From an uncultured Gammaproteobacteria bacterium (GTDB taxonomy: Bacteria; Patescibacteriota; Microgenomatia; Levybacterales; UBA12049), in NCBI GenBank assembly GCA_964416445.1, contig CAYQEE010000001.1:1-63811 (forward strand): 63,811 nt of DNA, written 5' to 3'. A program made the position numbers and the translations under genes. Below, piece by piece: positions 63,673 to 63,811 of the stretch; position 1 is the first letter of the stretch, and every line of letters begins with the position of its first letter. Below the pieces are notes generated by a model. The model did not search any database. It worked only from the letters and a program-made list of their open reading frames with translations, and was not told the DNA's origin.

Positions 63673-63811
63673 ATGAAATATATTTTATTTTTCATGTTTC
63701 TTCTCCTTTCTCTCATGAGTGTTCTCAATCTTTTTCAAAATGGTTACCCACTTACACATGATGGAGATGTTCATTTATTACGATTAACAAATTTTTCCCA
63801 GAATATCAATG
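63673..63811 (+). CDS. 'PTPS-related' family membrane protein, N-terminal fragment (3' end cut by window edge)
   Basis: MKYILFFMFLLLSLMSVLNLFQNGYPLTHDGDVHLLRLTNFSQNIN: TM1 followed by the THDG..H..R motif shared with 15064, 20732 and 22248. Confidence 0.6.
   Translation, partial: MKYILFFMFLLLSLMSVLNLFQNGYPLTHDGDVHLLRLTNFSQNIN

Noticed and set aside
1-63811. CRISPR arrays, transposases, integrases, prophage, toxin-antitoxin or known defence genes; the tRNA-Glu as an island integration site
   Set aside because: I saw no short direct-repeat/spacer arrays and no recombinase or nuclease-like ORFs, and there is no repeat of the tRNA 3' end elsewhere in the window. The island looks like chromosomal paralog expansion rather than a mobile element.
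1-63811. Alternative genetic code (UGA recoded, as in some CPR lineages)
   Set aside because: TGA terminates genes cleanly at ATGA overlaps (8834-8837, 12310-13, 20732-35, 32598-601), and the ORF lengths match family expectations under the standard code.

Overview
AT-rich (about one-third G+C by eye, not computed), gene-dense bacterial window. It reads with the standard code: TGA is a true stop at several ATGA start/stop overlaps. The protein style (giant fibre-like surface protein with GNVGIGT motifs, a DUF5652-like mini membrane protein, many YfhO/PMT-like proteins) suggests a Patescibacteria/CPR, Microgenomates-like genome; this is inference only. The window is dominated by an extracytoplasmic glycosylation / envelope-glycopolymer island. 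It holds 19 polytopic GT-C-type or GT-C-like membrane proteins covering about 32 kb, half of the window: 5 YfhO-like, 4 PMT/ArnT-like with a loop-1 DE motif, 4 'PTPS-related' membrane proteins with an (H/D)D(G/D) motif, and 6 other ArnT/DUF2029-like. Alongside them are 7 GT2 and 1 GT4 transferases, a Wzx-like flippase, an MsbA/PglK-like ABC exporter, an ABC-2 exporter pair, an LCP ligase, a CE4-like deacetylase and a phosphodiester glycosidase. There are also several large secreted proteins: a giant fibre/Kelch protein, a GH5 cellulase, an NHL propeller protein and a dockerin-bearing glycosidase-like protein. There is one tRNA-Glu(CUC). I saw no CRISPR array, transposase, integrase, rRNA or recognisable defence genes. 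Two non-coding patterns stand out. Operon-head genes sit 6-8 nt downstream of (extended) -10 boxes with no Shine-Dalgarno (SD), so their mRNAs are probably leaderless. In contrast, three 31-36 aa lysine-rich ORFs flank the ABC exporter, below the ORF-track size cutoff. Two of them carry the only perfect AAGGAGGTG SDs and the only clean intrinsic terminators in the window; the third has a weaker GGGGGTGAT SD and no terminator. All family calls come from motif recognition by eye; no searches were run.
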